A stretch of DNA of 64,000 nucleotides from Bugula neritina (lineage: Eukaryota > Animalia > Bryozoa): positions 151,551 to 215,550 of the forward strand of contig OZ037773.1 in the NCBI GenBank assembly GCA_964035545.1. Direction: 5' to 3'. Shown in pieces: positions 1 to 9,521 of the stretch. Positions within the stretch are counted from its first letter, which is position 1, and each line of letters opens with the position of its first letter. The translations under genes and the position numbers were made by a program. Below the pieces are notes generated by a model. That model was not told the DNA's origin, made no database searches, and saw only the letters and a program-made list of their open reading frames with translations.

Positions 1-1004
1 TTTTATTCAATGCAACTATTTCTCTTGGCCAATTTTTTTATGGAGCCTGTGCACAAAATGTATCATTAGGCAATTGTTTCTGATTGGTCTGTGTGTTACG
101 TTAGTTTATAATAACATTATTTGTCATTTGCAGAAAACAAACTCCAAAATGATGAGATTAAGGGAGACTCCAAAAGAACGAGATGAGAGTTTCACTGTGT
201 GTCTGCAGATACACTACCGGTTGATAAAATCTCACTCATTTTCACTGAAGATACAAAATAAATATTGGGTGACTGCCAAATTTCTCTATACCAAGAAATG
301 CATTTGGAATTTGAAGTTTTTACTCTGTAGATTATTTAGCTATTGAAACTATTTGCTTTTTATGATTGTGATTTGCTTCATGTTTTTTCCTGTTTCATTG
401 CATGTATTGTTCAAAATGACTACAATATCATTTTACACTCTGTACCAAAATAATGATCAATAAATTGTTAACAGTTTTATGCATACCTTGATACAAATAC
501 TTTTATTTAAAACTCATGAAACATACCTCCCAAATTTAAAGTTGAAATCATACAATTAATCACTAAAATCCATGTTAAGCAAGGTTTCCAACAATATCTA
601 AGGAATGCTTTGCAGATTTGAGAGATCTTCTGAACAATATAGCATACTGAAAGTTAGCAAAAATTACAGCAACTAAAATTGCTGTCATTAAAATAATAAT
701 GATAATTAATTTGTACAAATACATAAACAGATTAACAGTAAGTGTGTTTGGTACTAATATATATAGTTCATAAAACTGTTGTTGAGCTCTTTTATCAAAA
801 TATAACTAAATTATTTATACAGAACAATCAATCCAAGAAAGAATAAAAAAGTTTATCAAAAACCCAACAAACAGTAACAGGAAACAAAACAAAAAGTAGT
901 TGTATAATTGAAGATGAAAAAGAATCCAACTAAGTTATACATTGCATGCAGATAAACTAGTTTATTAAAAAAATGTAGTGAGGTTATAAAATTTTTCAAA
1001 CCCA

Positions 1005-1076
1005 CCCACCCCTCACCGGGGTTGGAACCTGAGACCCCCATTTCTCAAGCAAGTGCTAACCAGTACACCACATGTA
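1005..1076 (-). mobile_element. tRNA-derived SINE-like head / degenerate tRNA-like sequence
   Basis: Minus-strand A-box-like TGGTGTACTGG (1060-1070) and B-box-like GGTTCCAACCC (1019-1029) at tRNA-like spacing; no convincing cloverleaf. Confidence 0.4.
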
Positions 1077-1957
1077 TGACTGGGTAGTCTCATCACCGAA
1101 CATGCATATGTATATACACATACACAGAATGATTCAAGCGTAAATCTCTTTGAAATGGCAATAATTTTATGCATCCAGCTCACTAAAAGTATGAAGTTGA
1201 TGATTATCTCCTCTCATTTCAATGATAATTTAGTTGCAGGCAACTGTTTGACTGCAAACTGTTCTTGAATAAATTCACCTGCAGTAATCAGCCTCTGCAC
1301 TTCTTCATGCAAAACAGCTTGGACTTCTGCTTCTTTCCATTTCTTGAACCTCAAAGGTTTTCTTTCTACTAACACAACAATGCTACTAAGAACCACCCAC
1401 AATACCTTTACAGACGACTACTTCTTGTACTAGTAGAAAACTCAATGCTCATTGCCTGTACTCAAAATAAAACTTTGAACACTATTATTCAAGAAAAAAA
1501 ATTAAAAAAAACCTTAACAAATTTATTTAATGAAATCCATAACCCTGCTAAATTAACAATTGTTTTTGCCAGAGACAGATATTGTAATGGTTAGAGGAAG
1601 TATACCCCCCAGTACCCCCTGCTAAGCATGACTATAGATTACAGTGAAACTAACATCAAGGACGACAACTCCGCAAACCCTTGCTGCATGTCTATGTGAT
1701 GCCCTATTAGTAACTACGGATGACACCGCTGGAATCTATGTCATCCAATCGGAATCTACTCTGTGTATATAAGCAATGCCTCCCTCTGCCCACAGCAGTC
1801 TTGGACAGTAGTAGTAGATAACTAGTTAATTACATGTAGCGCTCTACGTTTGATACTTATGTTGCTTTTCTGATTGTAATTGTGATTTTTATCATCTTAC
1901 GTAATTAATTATAATATAGTTATTCATCGAACACTCAACTAGCTCGGTTACTTCTAT

Positions 1958-2080
1958 AGGGAAAGAGAAAGGGAAGGGAAGGGAGGGGAGGGGAAGAGAG
2001 GGGGAGAGAGAGGGAGAGAGGGGGAGAGAGGGAGAGGGGAGAGGGGGGTGAGAGAGGGAGAGAGTGTGTGTAAGGGGAGA
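1958..2080 (+). repeat. Polypurine GA/GGGA low-complexity tract
   Basis: Nearly pure G/A run. Confidence 0.9.
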
Positions 2081-2157
2081 GTGTATGGAAGAATACAGAG
2101 TAAATGTTCAATCAGAAATTCAGGACATATAGTATAGCCATACAGACACCATGATAT

Positions 2158-2501
2158 TGTAATGGGATTACGTAGCATAATAATGGAGTCGTCCCCTTTT
2201 GTGTGGAATACTTATAACTATGTTCTACTATCCAATCAGAGGGACCGGAAGGCAAGGTTCCGGTCAAGTGACTGTACGCGGGTTAGCTAGCAGAAACCAT
2301 GTGTTGTTGAGAGCAGGGGCTCGTAGTAGTAACATGCGTTTATAATTGATTGATGTATTGTGGTTTTGATGTAATGTTATAATTATGTTTATCGAGTAAA
2401 ATAAAGGTTATCGTACGCAAGCCAAACTAGTGATTGCTAGTTAAATTGAAACTAAATACGCAGGCAATCCACGCTTGATAATTGTGCTAAGACTCACAAC
2501 A
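2158..2501 (+). repeat. 5' LTR of copy A
   Basis: TG...CA ends; homologous to the reverse-strand LTRs at 6649-6985 and 9179-9521; AATAAA near 2400. Confidence 0.93.
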
Positions 2502-2502
2502 G

Positions 2503-2520
2503 TGGTGGCAGCGGTGGGAT
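2503..2520 (+). promoter_or_regulatory. Primer binding site, tRNA-Leu(AAG/TAG)
   Basis: TGGTGGCAGCGGTGGGAT is the 18-nt complement of the metazoan tRNA-Leu 3' end ATCCCACCGCTGCCA+CCA; it starts 1 nt after the LTR. Confidence 0.9.
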
Positions 2521-2535
2521 TTCGCGTATATCAAG

Positions 2536-3471
2536 ATGACAGAAAGAGGCACAGAGCTACCTATTCGGAGGAATGAAGGTGAGGAAGATAACGTTGCTAT
2601 ACCTATAGAACCAGAAGTGAGAGTGCATAGGGAATGTTATGAGGAGAAGTACCAGCTGAGGGTGCCCACCTTCTCAGGTGAGGAGCCAGTAGAGCAATTC
2701 GTCCAAGAATTCCAAGATGTAATGGAGGTTGCACAGTGGCCACCCAGAATAGCAATGCTCAAGCTCAGGATGGCGCTGTCAGACAAGGCCAAGCCATACG
2801 GAGTGGGGCCAGACATTGATCGAATCTTTGCTTCCCTGCGGGCCCGTTTTGGTATCTCCGCTGTAGATGCGCGGGCCCGTCTCCAAAGACTGCGGCGTGA
2901 TCCTCACACGCCGCTACAAGAGCACGCTACCACGGTAATGAGGCTGGCGCAGATCGCGTTCCGCGATCTGCCGCAAGCAAACCGTGAGAGGTATACTTAT
3001 GATGCCTTCATGCAGTCCATCAACGACTTGGGAATCCATCCCCAACTCCTGGCGAGGGGAGTCACCACAGTCGAAGGTGCGCTTGCAGAAGGGGAGGCTT
3101 ACCTTCTGGCCAGCCAGCTGCACCGGAGCCGTGTGACTTCTCGCCAGGTGGACATGGAGCCCTCCGCTGCTCCTACCGCTTCTCACGCGGAAACTCCAGC
3201 GGTGGCCAAGGTGACGCAGATGACGGTGGCATCGAAGGTCGCACAAATGACCTACATGCTAGCCGAATTGGTCTCCGCCTTGGCCCCTCTAAGCCAGCTA
3301 GACACCACCCGTGAGCTTGACGGGCTACCGGTACAGTCGCCTGGTAGAGGACACCCCTCTTGCTGGGAGTGCGGAAGACCAGGACACTTCCAGAAACACT
3401 GCCCCCGACTTCAACCAGGGTTAAACTACGACGGCCCGCGGATGCTCCCACATCCGGCGGGCCGCCGTTAA
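2536..3471 (+). CDS. gag: Gag (capsid-like region plus CCHC zinc knuckle)
   Basis: 311-aa ORF starting 15 nt after the PBS; VPTFSG capsid motif and CWECGRPGHFQKHC knuckle. Confidence 0.88.
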   Translation: MTERGTELPIRRNEGEEDNVAIPIEPEVRVHRECYEEKYQLRVPTFSGEEPVEQFVQEFQDVMEVAQWPPRIAMLKLRMALSDKAKPYGVGPDIDRIFASLRARFGISAVDARARLQRLRRDPHTPLQEHATTVMRLAQIAFRDLPQANRERYTYDAFMQSINDLGIHPQLLARGVTTVEGALAEGEAYLLASQLHRSRVTSRQVDMEPSAAPTASHAETPAVAKVTQMTVASKVAQMTYMLAELVSALAPLSQLDTTRELDGLPVQSPGRGHPSCWECGRPGHFQKHCPRLQPGLNYDGPRMLPHPAGRR

Positions 3472-3735
3472 AACCCCAAGGGAGGACACAGTGGCGTCCG
3501 CCACGCCAGACACCCGTCCGGGACCTCGCGAAACGGCCACCAGGACGGCAAGCAGGCTGTACAAGCCGCTCGCCGCCGGTGTTCTCAATGCCACCCCGCA
3601 ACAGGTTCGACAAACGACGGACCGCAAAGTCTGCGGAGGGAAAAGCTCAAACGCCGCAAGGCGTGGCGCCCCTCCCCTCGACAGCTGGTCCCGAGTCGTC
3701 GTCAAGAACCTAACTCCTCCGCCAGGGCGAGGGAG

Positions 3736-5802
3736 ATGAGGTCACCCAAGATACCACTACACCCCCACGAGAGCAGCCTGTTTCTACCAGGACAGATAGC
3801 TGGCAAACCTGCCAGGTTCCTGTTAGACACGGGCTGCACCACCAACCTCCTGGGTCGTCGATTCTTCGACACACTCAGTGCTCAGATCCGAAGCAGGTTG
3901 GGACCGTATGAAGGCGATCATGGCACCCTGGCAGACGGGTCGTGCATTCTCTTTTACGGTATCATTGAACTCCCTGGGAGCGTCTGTGACCAGACCATCC
4001 AGGAGAGGTTCATAGTCGAACAACTCCAGGAGGACGCCATCCTTGGGATGCCATTCTTACAACGACACGGGTGTCGCATCGATTTTGGTAAATCTGCGAA
4101 GTTTATGGGCGGCCGGGAGCTCGCCTGTGTCGATAAGTTTGGCCATCCCCTAACGGGAGAAGAGCCGATAGTACGTACTTGTACTATGCCCGGCCACTCC
4201 CGGGACACCGTCCACCACCAGGTAGACGGTGGCCGTACCTCCAGGCCGGGAGCTGTAGAGAGCGTGCACCCGAACGTCCCACCTGTCCGCAGCTCTAACC
4301 AGCTAACACGGAAAGGAAAGGCCTTGGTGCCATGCCTTTACTCCCCCTCAGAGACAGTGAGCCTACCACCCACATCTCCATCAAGCTGTACTCCTTCTGT
4401 TCAAGAAGATAACAGCAGGTCATCGCGGGAAACCGCGATGAGAAGTCCTCTAGAGAGCCCGCCTCCAGGGCGAAGGACTGCCTCACCCCACGTCCCCCAT
4501 AGCCAGGGGACTCGTGGGAGAAAATCAGACGGTTGTGTAGATAACGAGAAGCGCCAAGAGACGGCCACGTTACTACACAAAACCGAGGCTACACCTCACC
4601 TTGGGGACCCTGACATGCCCCCAAAAGTGGCACAGGACCCCCACGCCGAACCTGTCTCAACCGATGGCGTCAAGGAGCTAGGACACCTCCAGGAAACTAT
4701 TCCGGGGGTGGTAGCCGACGTCTATCGAATAAAACGGGAAGGGCGACGACCCAGTGACAAACAACGGAAGCAGGGCTGCGCCGAGTGGCAGCTGTACTGC
4801 CGACGTTGGAACGCACTGCGGATCGGGCCGGATGGTCTATTGACCATATCTTTGGCCGCTAACCACAACCAGCCAGACCAAGAGAGGACCCTCTGTCCTG
4901 CCGCTATCCGCCGAGAGTTGATAGAAGAGGTACACCAACAGGCTCACGGGGGAGCCCAACAGGTGCTCATCGAACTACAACTCTGGTGGTATTGGCCTAA
5001 CATGGAGCATGAAGTACAACGCAGAGTTGGGCAGTGTGGAGTCTGCCGGGTCAGTAAGCACGGCCTCCCTCTTGACGAGGGGGGGCGGCGAAGGCAAAGT
5101 GCAGAAAGACCCGGGCAGACGGAGACTGCTAACCTTCTTGACAAACCGCCTAGGATGCAACCCAAAGCAGTGGCGAGGCAGGAAAAGCCACACCCGTTCA
5201 GGGAAGTGCGCTCACCGCCTTCAGCGTGCAAGCCGCCACCGCCACTTCCTAGGTCAGGAACCGACCTGGAAGTGCAAAAACCCCCCAAGGGAGGGGCTCC
5301 GTACGGAGATGCTGGGGAAGCTCCATTTGTCACAAACTGGCTGGAAGCACCACCTGTGAGACGTGACCGTCCACGGGTGAGTAAACCACCCTGGCTGAGG
5401 ACAGCACTTCCCCAGGCTCCGTATGGAGATGCTAGGAAAGCTCCATTTGTCACAAACTGGCTGGAGGCACCACCTGTGAGACGTGACCGTCCACGGGTGA
5501 GTAAACCGCCTTGGTTGGTGATGACACCTCGGAAACGGTGTTCTAGACCAATCCCCGCGTATCGCAAGGACTTACCACGTGTCGTTCAGGGCGCGGTCAA
5601 ACGTCCTACGAGGCGCCGTAAGGGGAAAAGAGCAAGGCGTGGGAGTTGTGAACACCACGAGAATATCAACTTTTGCCTCGGCGGAAATTCAAACAGGATT
5701 CGTACGCCGGAGGTAATAAGTCATAGTCACGTTTCACAACCACGCTGCTCGTTCTTTTATCACATTAATACAGCTTTGAGTAGACGTACGGAGAAATCAT
5801 AA
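3736..5802 (+). CDS. pol: Reduced Pol: aspartic protease plus integrase HHCC zinc-binding domain; RT, RNase H and integrase catalytic core absent
   Basis: FLLDTGCT and DAILGMPFL protease motifs; HQQAH...YWPNM...CGVC integrase N-domain; no YxDD and no DDE region; the frame is open back to 3472. Confidence 0.8.
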   Translation: MRSPKIPLHPHESSLFLPGQIAGKPARFLLDTGCTTNLLGRRFFDTLSAQIRSRLGPYEGDHGTLADGSCILFYGIIELPGSVCDQTIQERFIVEQLQEDAILGMPFLQRHGCRIDFGKSAKFMGGRELACVDKFGHPLTGEEPIVRTCTMPGHSRDTVHHQVDGGRTSRPGAVESVHPNVPPVRSSNQLTRKGKALVPCLYSPSETVSLPPTSPSSCTPSVQEDNSRSSRETAMRSPLESPPPGRRTASPHVPHSQGTRGRKSDGCVDNEKRQETATLLHKTEATPHLGDPDMPPKVAQDPHAEPVSTDGVKELGHLQETIPGVVADVYRIKREGRRPSDKQRKQGCAEWQLYCRRWNALRIGPDGLLTISLAANHNQPDQERTLCPAAIRRELIEEVHQQAHGGAQQVLIELQLWWYWPNMEHEVQRRVGQCGVCRVSKHGLPLDEGGRRRQSAERPGQTETANLLDKPPRMQPKAVARQEKPHPFREVRSPPSACKPPPPLPRSGTDLEVQKPPKGGAPYGDAGEAPFVTNWLEAPPVRRDRPRVSKPPWLRTALPQAPYGDARKAPFVTNWLEAPPVRRDRPRVSKPPWLVMTPRKRCSRPIPAYRKDLPRVVQGAVKRPTRRRKGKRARRGSCEHHENINFCLGGNSNRIRTPEVISHSHVSQPRCSFFYHINTALSRRTEKS
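5295..5516 (+). repeat. Two ~100-bp direct repeats (period 120 bp) inside the pol ORF
   Basis: APYGDA..APFVTNWLEAPPVRRDRPRVSKPPWL occurs twice. Confidence 0.9.
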
Positions 5803-5822
5803 ACATACCACTCTCATTCACA

Positions 5823-6651
5823 ATGGCTTGCCAGGAATCGAGAGGTGAGTTAGTTATGTTTTTGGTACGAGGGCTAAACTGTATTAATCAGTTTAACTGT
5901 AACAGAGTAAGCTGGAGACTCGGTAATGATTTTTAGTGGTGAGAATTCACATTGACTCTAAGACTGAGCAGTCTGTTACAGCAGTGTGTGTTTTCGATCA
6001 ACTATTCATTAGCTGAGTCTCACGAGTGTCTAATTGAGTTAAATACCCACCAGGCTGTATACGCCGGTCGTACTCAGTGTACCCTCTTACACTGTTATAC
6101 TCTTGCAGATTACACTCGATCGACCAACTCTGGGTCACAAGATCTACACTCTCTCTCCTCCTTGGATAACGGACCGGAAATGGACAACGGACTGTCCGCG
6201 GTGCTGCGTCGAAGACACAGATGGGTGTCGCGACGGACGGAGCAGCAAATTGAAGAAGCCTGGGGACCAAGTAGGTCACAACGCACCTGCCATGCATGTG
6301 TGTCACGAAGAGCTTCCCTCACACCAAGGACTACGGCTGCATGTGAATGCACACTTCCTGCTACGTTTCTGCCCGTGTGGATTTCACGACGTATACCCAT
6401 ACCGCGTCGTGGCTCATATGATGGTCTGTTTCGCGGGCGAGGGCTATGTAGTGGACGCGGACAACTACGACCAATACCTAGAAGCTGTCAGACCAGTGGT
6501 TAAGAAGGTTTTGACCTGGGCCGCATTGTCCTCCGGATTTTATACACTACTAACAGCCGCCCGTCAGAAGTCCCCTATGATAAAAACGGTCGCTGCAATA
6601 ATACCTCGGCCGGACAACACCTCCATTGAAGCATCAGACTCTCCCGAAGAG
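5823..6651 (+). pseudogene. Spliced accessory gene of the LTR element: C2H2 + C2HC zinc-finger protein (frameshifted and truncated in this copy)
   Basis: Exon 1 5823-5844 (MACQESR+G), GTGAGT donor at 5845, TCTTGCAG acceptor ending 6108, exon 2 in frame (DYTRSTNSG...). Removing the CATG duplication at 6291-6298 gives CHVC-x12-HVNAH followed by CPC-x12-HMMVC. Confidence 0.7.
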
Positions 6652-6985
6652 TTTTAGCACAATTATCAAGCGTGGATTGCCTGCGTATTTAGTTTCAATT
6701 TAACTAGCAATTACCAACAGAGCTTGCGTACGATAACTTTTATTTAACTCGATAAACATAATTATAACAGTATATCAAAGCCACAATACATCAATCAATT
6801 ATAAACACGTCTAGCTACTACGAGCCCCTGCTCTCAACACACATGGTTTCTGCTAGCTAACCCGCGAACAGTCACTTGACCGGAACCTTGCCTTCCGGTC
6901 CTTCTAATTGGGTAGTAGAACATGGTTATAAGTATTCCACGCAGGAGGGGACAACTCCATTATTATGCTACGTAATCCCATTACA
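6649..6985 (-). repeat. 3' LTR of copy B
   Basis: Near-identical to 9185-9521; preceded on the minus strand by PPT GGTGGGGGCGG. Confidence 0.93.
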
Positions 6986-7263
6986 CCGCCCCCACCAGCA
7001 GAAAGCCATACTTTCTGATAAAAACAGAAATAGTATAATAATGCAAAAATAACATAAGTCAAGAAAATCCACAAAGAGAAAGAAGAGAAATACCAAATGT
7101 ACGACATATATAAACACATAAGTAAGATAACGGATGGCCAGTGTACAACTGGCCAGCTATAAAGAGAGAGTCCTGGATCGTAGGTCATTAGCAGTCGAGC
7201 ATTTACATGATCACAATGTAGTATCCCGGGAACATGCGGGGTGGAATTGTCAACTGTCAGCTC

Positions 7264-7562
7264 CTATTTTTGTAGGGACTGGATCCGGTGTCGTGCTTGC
7301 CGTGCACGTAGTCTACGCTTAAGGCGTCCCACTGAGCCCTTTTGTTCATTAAAGCTCACTGAAGTGCTGAGTAAGTCGGGTGCCAACTGGGTGAATTCAT
7401 CCTGCAGCCGTAGGAGTCTTTCTTCGACGGTTGCTAGTCGGGTAGGCCTGGTTGGGGTTGGCGTCGCCTCTTCCGGGGAGTCTGATGCTTCCATGGGGGT
7501 ATTGTCTAGCCGCGGTATGATTGCAGCGACCGTTTTCACCATAGGGGACTTCTGACGGGCGG
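7264..7562 (-). pseudogene. 3' part of the accessory zinc-finger gene (predicted coiled-coil plus basic C-terminus)
   Basis: Homologous to 6556-6651 of copy A (KTVAAIIPR.DNT..EASDSPEE), continuing LATVEERLLRLQDEF...GRLKRRLRARQARHRIQSLQK*. Confidence 0.7.
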
Positions 7563-7623
7563 CAGGTTAGCAGCCTCCGTCTGCCCAGGTCTTTCTGCAC
7601 TTTGCCTTCGCCACCCTACTTCC

Positions 7624-9144
7624 TCAGTAGGGGGGGCCGTGCTTACTGACCCGGCAGACTCCGCACTGCCCAACTCTGCGTTGTACTTCATGCTCCATGT
7701 TAGGCCAATACCACCAGAGTTGTAGTTCGATGAGCACCTGTTGGGCTCCCCCGTGAGCCTGTTGGTGTACCTCTTCTATCAACTCTTGGTGGATGGCGGC
7801 AGGACAGAGGGTCTTCTCTTGGTCTGGCTGGTGGTGGTTATCGGCCAAAGATATAGTCAGTAGACCATCCGGCTCGATCCGCAGTGCGTTCCAACGTCGG
7901 CAGTACAGCTGCCACTCAGCGCAGCCCTGCTTCCGTTGTCTGTCACTGGGTCGTCGCCCTTCCCGTTTCATTCGATAGACGTCGGCTACCACCCCCGGAA
8001 TAGTTTCCTGGAGGTGTCCTAGCTCCTTGACGCCATCGGTTGAGACAGGTTCGGCGTGGGGGTCCTGTGCCACTTTTGGGGGCATGTCAGGGTCCCCAAG
8101 GTGAGGTGTAGCCTCGGTTTTGTGTAATGACGTGGCCGTCTCTGGGCGCTGTTCGTCATCCACGCAACCGTCGGATGTTCTCCCACGGGTCTCCTGGCTG
8201 TGGGGTGAGGCAGTCCTTCGCCCGAAGGGCGGGTTCTCTAGAGGACTTTTCATCGCGGTTTCCCGCGATGGCCTGCTGTTATCTTCTTGAACAGAAGGAG
8301 TACAGCTTGGTGGAGAGGTGGGTGGTAGGCTCACTGGTTCTGAGGGGGAGTGGAGGCATGGCACCGAGGTCTTTCCTTTCCGTGTCAGCTGGTTAGAGCT
8401 GCGGACAGGTGGGACTTTCGGGTGCGCGCTCTCTACAGCTCCCAGCTTGGAGGTACGGCCACCGTCTACCTTGCGGTGGACGGTGCCCCGGGAGTGGCCG
8501 GGCATAGTACAGGTACGTACTACCAGCTCTTCTCCCGTTAGGGTATGGCCAAACTTATCGACACAGGCGAGCTCCCTGCCGCCCATAATCATCGCAGATT
8601 TACCAAAATCAATGCGACATCCGTGTCGTTGTAAGAATGGCATCCCAAGGATGGCGTCCTCCTGGAGTTGTCCTACAATGAACCTCTCCTGGATGGTCTG
8701 GTTACAGACGCTCCCAGGGAGTTCAATGATACCGTAGAAGGGGATGCACGACCCGTCTGCCAGGGTGCCATGATCGCCTTCGTACGGTAGCCTTTGAAGA
8801 CGGGCCCGCGCATCCACAGCGGAGATACCAAAACGGGCCCGCAGGGAAGCAAAGATGCCATCAATGTCTGGTCTCATTCCGTATGGCTTGGCTTTGTCTG
8901 ACAGCGCCGTCCTGAGCTTGAGCAATGCTATTCTAGGTGGCCATTGTGCAACCTCCATTACATCTTGGAATTCCTGAACGAATTGATCCACCGGCTCTTC
9001 ACCTGAGAAGGTGGGTACCCTCAGCCGGTACTTCTCTTCGTAACATTCCCTATGTACTCGCACTTCTGGTTCTATAGGTATAGCAATGTTATCTTCCTCA
9101 CCTTCATTCCTCCGAAGGGGTAGCTCTGTGCCTCTTTCTGTCAT
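7624..9144 (-). CDS. Deleted Gag-protease-HHCC fusion ORF of copy B
   Basis: In-frame junction ARLQRL|PYEGDHG removes the gag C-terminus, the knuckle and the DTG active site; otherwise highly similar to copy A. Confidence 0.75.
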   Translation of the reverse strand: MTERGTELPLRRNEGEEDNIAIPIEPEVRVHRECYEEKYRLRVPTFSGEEPVDQFVQEFQDVMEVAQWPPRIALLKLRTALSDKAKPYGMRPDIDGIFASLRARFGISAVDARARLQRLPYEGDHGTLADGSCIPFYGIIELPGSVCNQTIQERFIVGQLQEDAILGMPFLQRHGCRIDFGKSAMIMGGRELACVDKFGHTLTGEELVVRTCTMPGHSRGTVHRKVDGGRTSKLGAVESAHPKVPPVRSSNQLTRKGKTSVPCLHSPSEPVSLPPTSPPSCTPSVQEDNSRPSRETAMKSPLENPPFGRRTASPHSQETRGRTSDGCVDDEQRPETATSLHKTEATPHLGDPDMPPKVAQDPHAEPVSTDGVKELGHLQETIPGVVADVYRMKREGRRPSDRQRKQGCAEWQLYCRRWNALRIEPDGLLTISLADNHHQPDQEKTLCPAAIHQELIEEVHQQAHGGAQQVLIELQLWWYWPNMEHEVQRRVGQCGVCRVSKHGPPY

Positions 9145-9159
9145 CTTGAAATACGCGAA

Positions 9160-9177
9160 ATCCCACCGCTGCCACCA
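9160..9177 (-). promoter_or_regulatory. Primer binding site, tRNA-Leu, copy B
   Basis: Plus strand ATCCCACCGCTGCCACCA adjacent to the LTR. Confidence 0.9.
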
Positions 9178-9178
9178 C

Positions 9179-9521
9179 TGTTGTGAGTTTTAGCACAATT
9201 ATCAAGCGTGGATTGCCTGCGTATTTAGTTTCAATTTAACTAGCAATTACCAACAGAGCTTGCGTACGATAAACTTTATTTAACTCGATAAACATAATTA
9301 TAACAGTATATCAAAGCCACAATACATCAATCAATTATAAACACGTCTAGCTACTACGAGCCCCTGCTCTCAACACACATGGTTTCTGCTAGCTAACCCG
9401 CGAACAGTCACTTGACCGGAACTTTGCCTTCCGGTCCTTCTGATTGGGTAGTAGAACATGGTTATAAGTATTCCACGCAGGAGGGGACAACTCCATTATT
9501 ATGCTACGTAATCCCATTACA
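9179..9521 (-). repeat. 5' LTR of copy B
   Basis: Plus strand TGTTGTGAG...CCCATTACA; TG/CA termini. Confidence 0.93.

Larger units (their letters stand above)
2158..6651 (+). mobile_element. Gypsy/Ty3-type LTR retrotransposon copy A; non-autonomous (no RT/RNase H), 3'-truncated
   Basis: 5' LTR TGTAATGGG...CACAACA, tRNA-Leu PBS, gag with CCHC knuckle, DTG protease, integrase HHCC; ends at a junction with the LTR of copy B. Confidence 0.92.
6649..9521 (-). mobile_element. Gypsy/Ty3-type LTR retrotransposon copy B; internally deleted, both LTRs present
   Basis: 5' LTR 9179-9521, PBS 9160-9177, gag-pro fusion ORF, PPT 6986-6996, 3' LTR 6649-6985 lacking its last 6 bp; the two LTRs differ at only about 4 positions. 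Confidence 0.93.

Noticed and set aside
1005-1076. Functional tRNA gene
   Set aside because: A/B boxes present but acceptor and anticodon stems do not pair convincingly
1214-1402. KKWKEAEVQAV, faintly Myb/SANT-like ORF
   Set aside because: Too short, no supporting exons or context
1638-1953. Possible solo LTR (TATA-like motif, CTATAG on both sides)
   Set aside because: No clean TG...CA ends and no second copy in the window
5952-6657. Third ORF as an env gene
   Set aside because: No signal peptide, furin site or TM helix; zinc-finger spacing fits better
2914-8864. Numerous antisense and overlapping ORFs inside the LTR elements
   Set aside because: Expected from GC-rich coding DNA; no recognisable motifs
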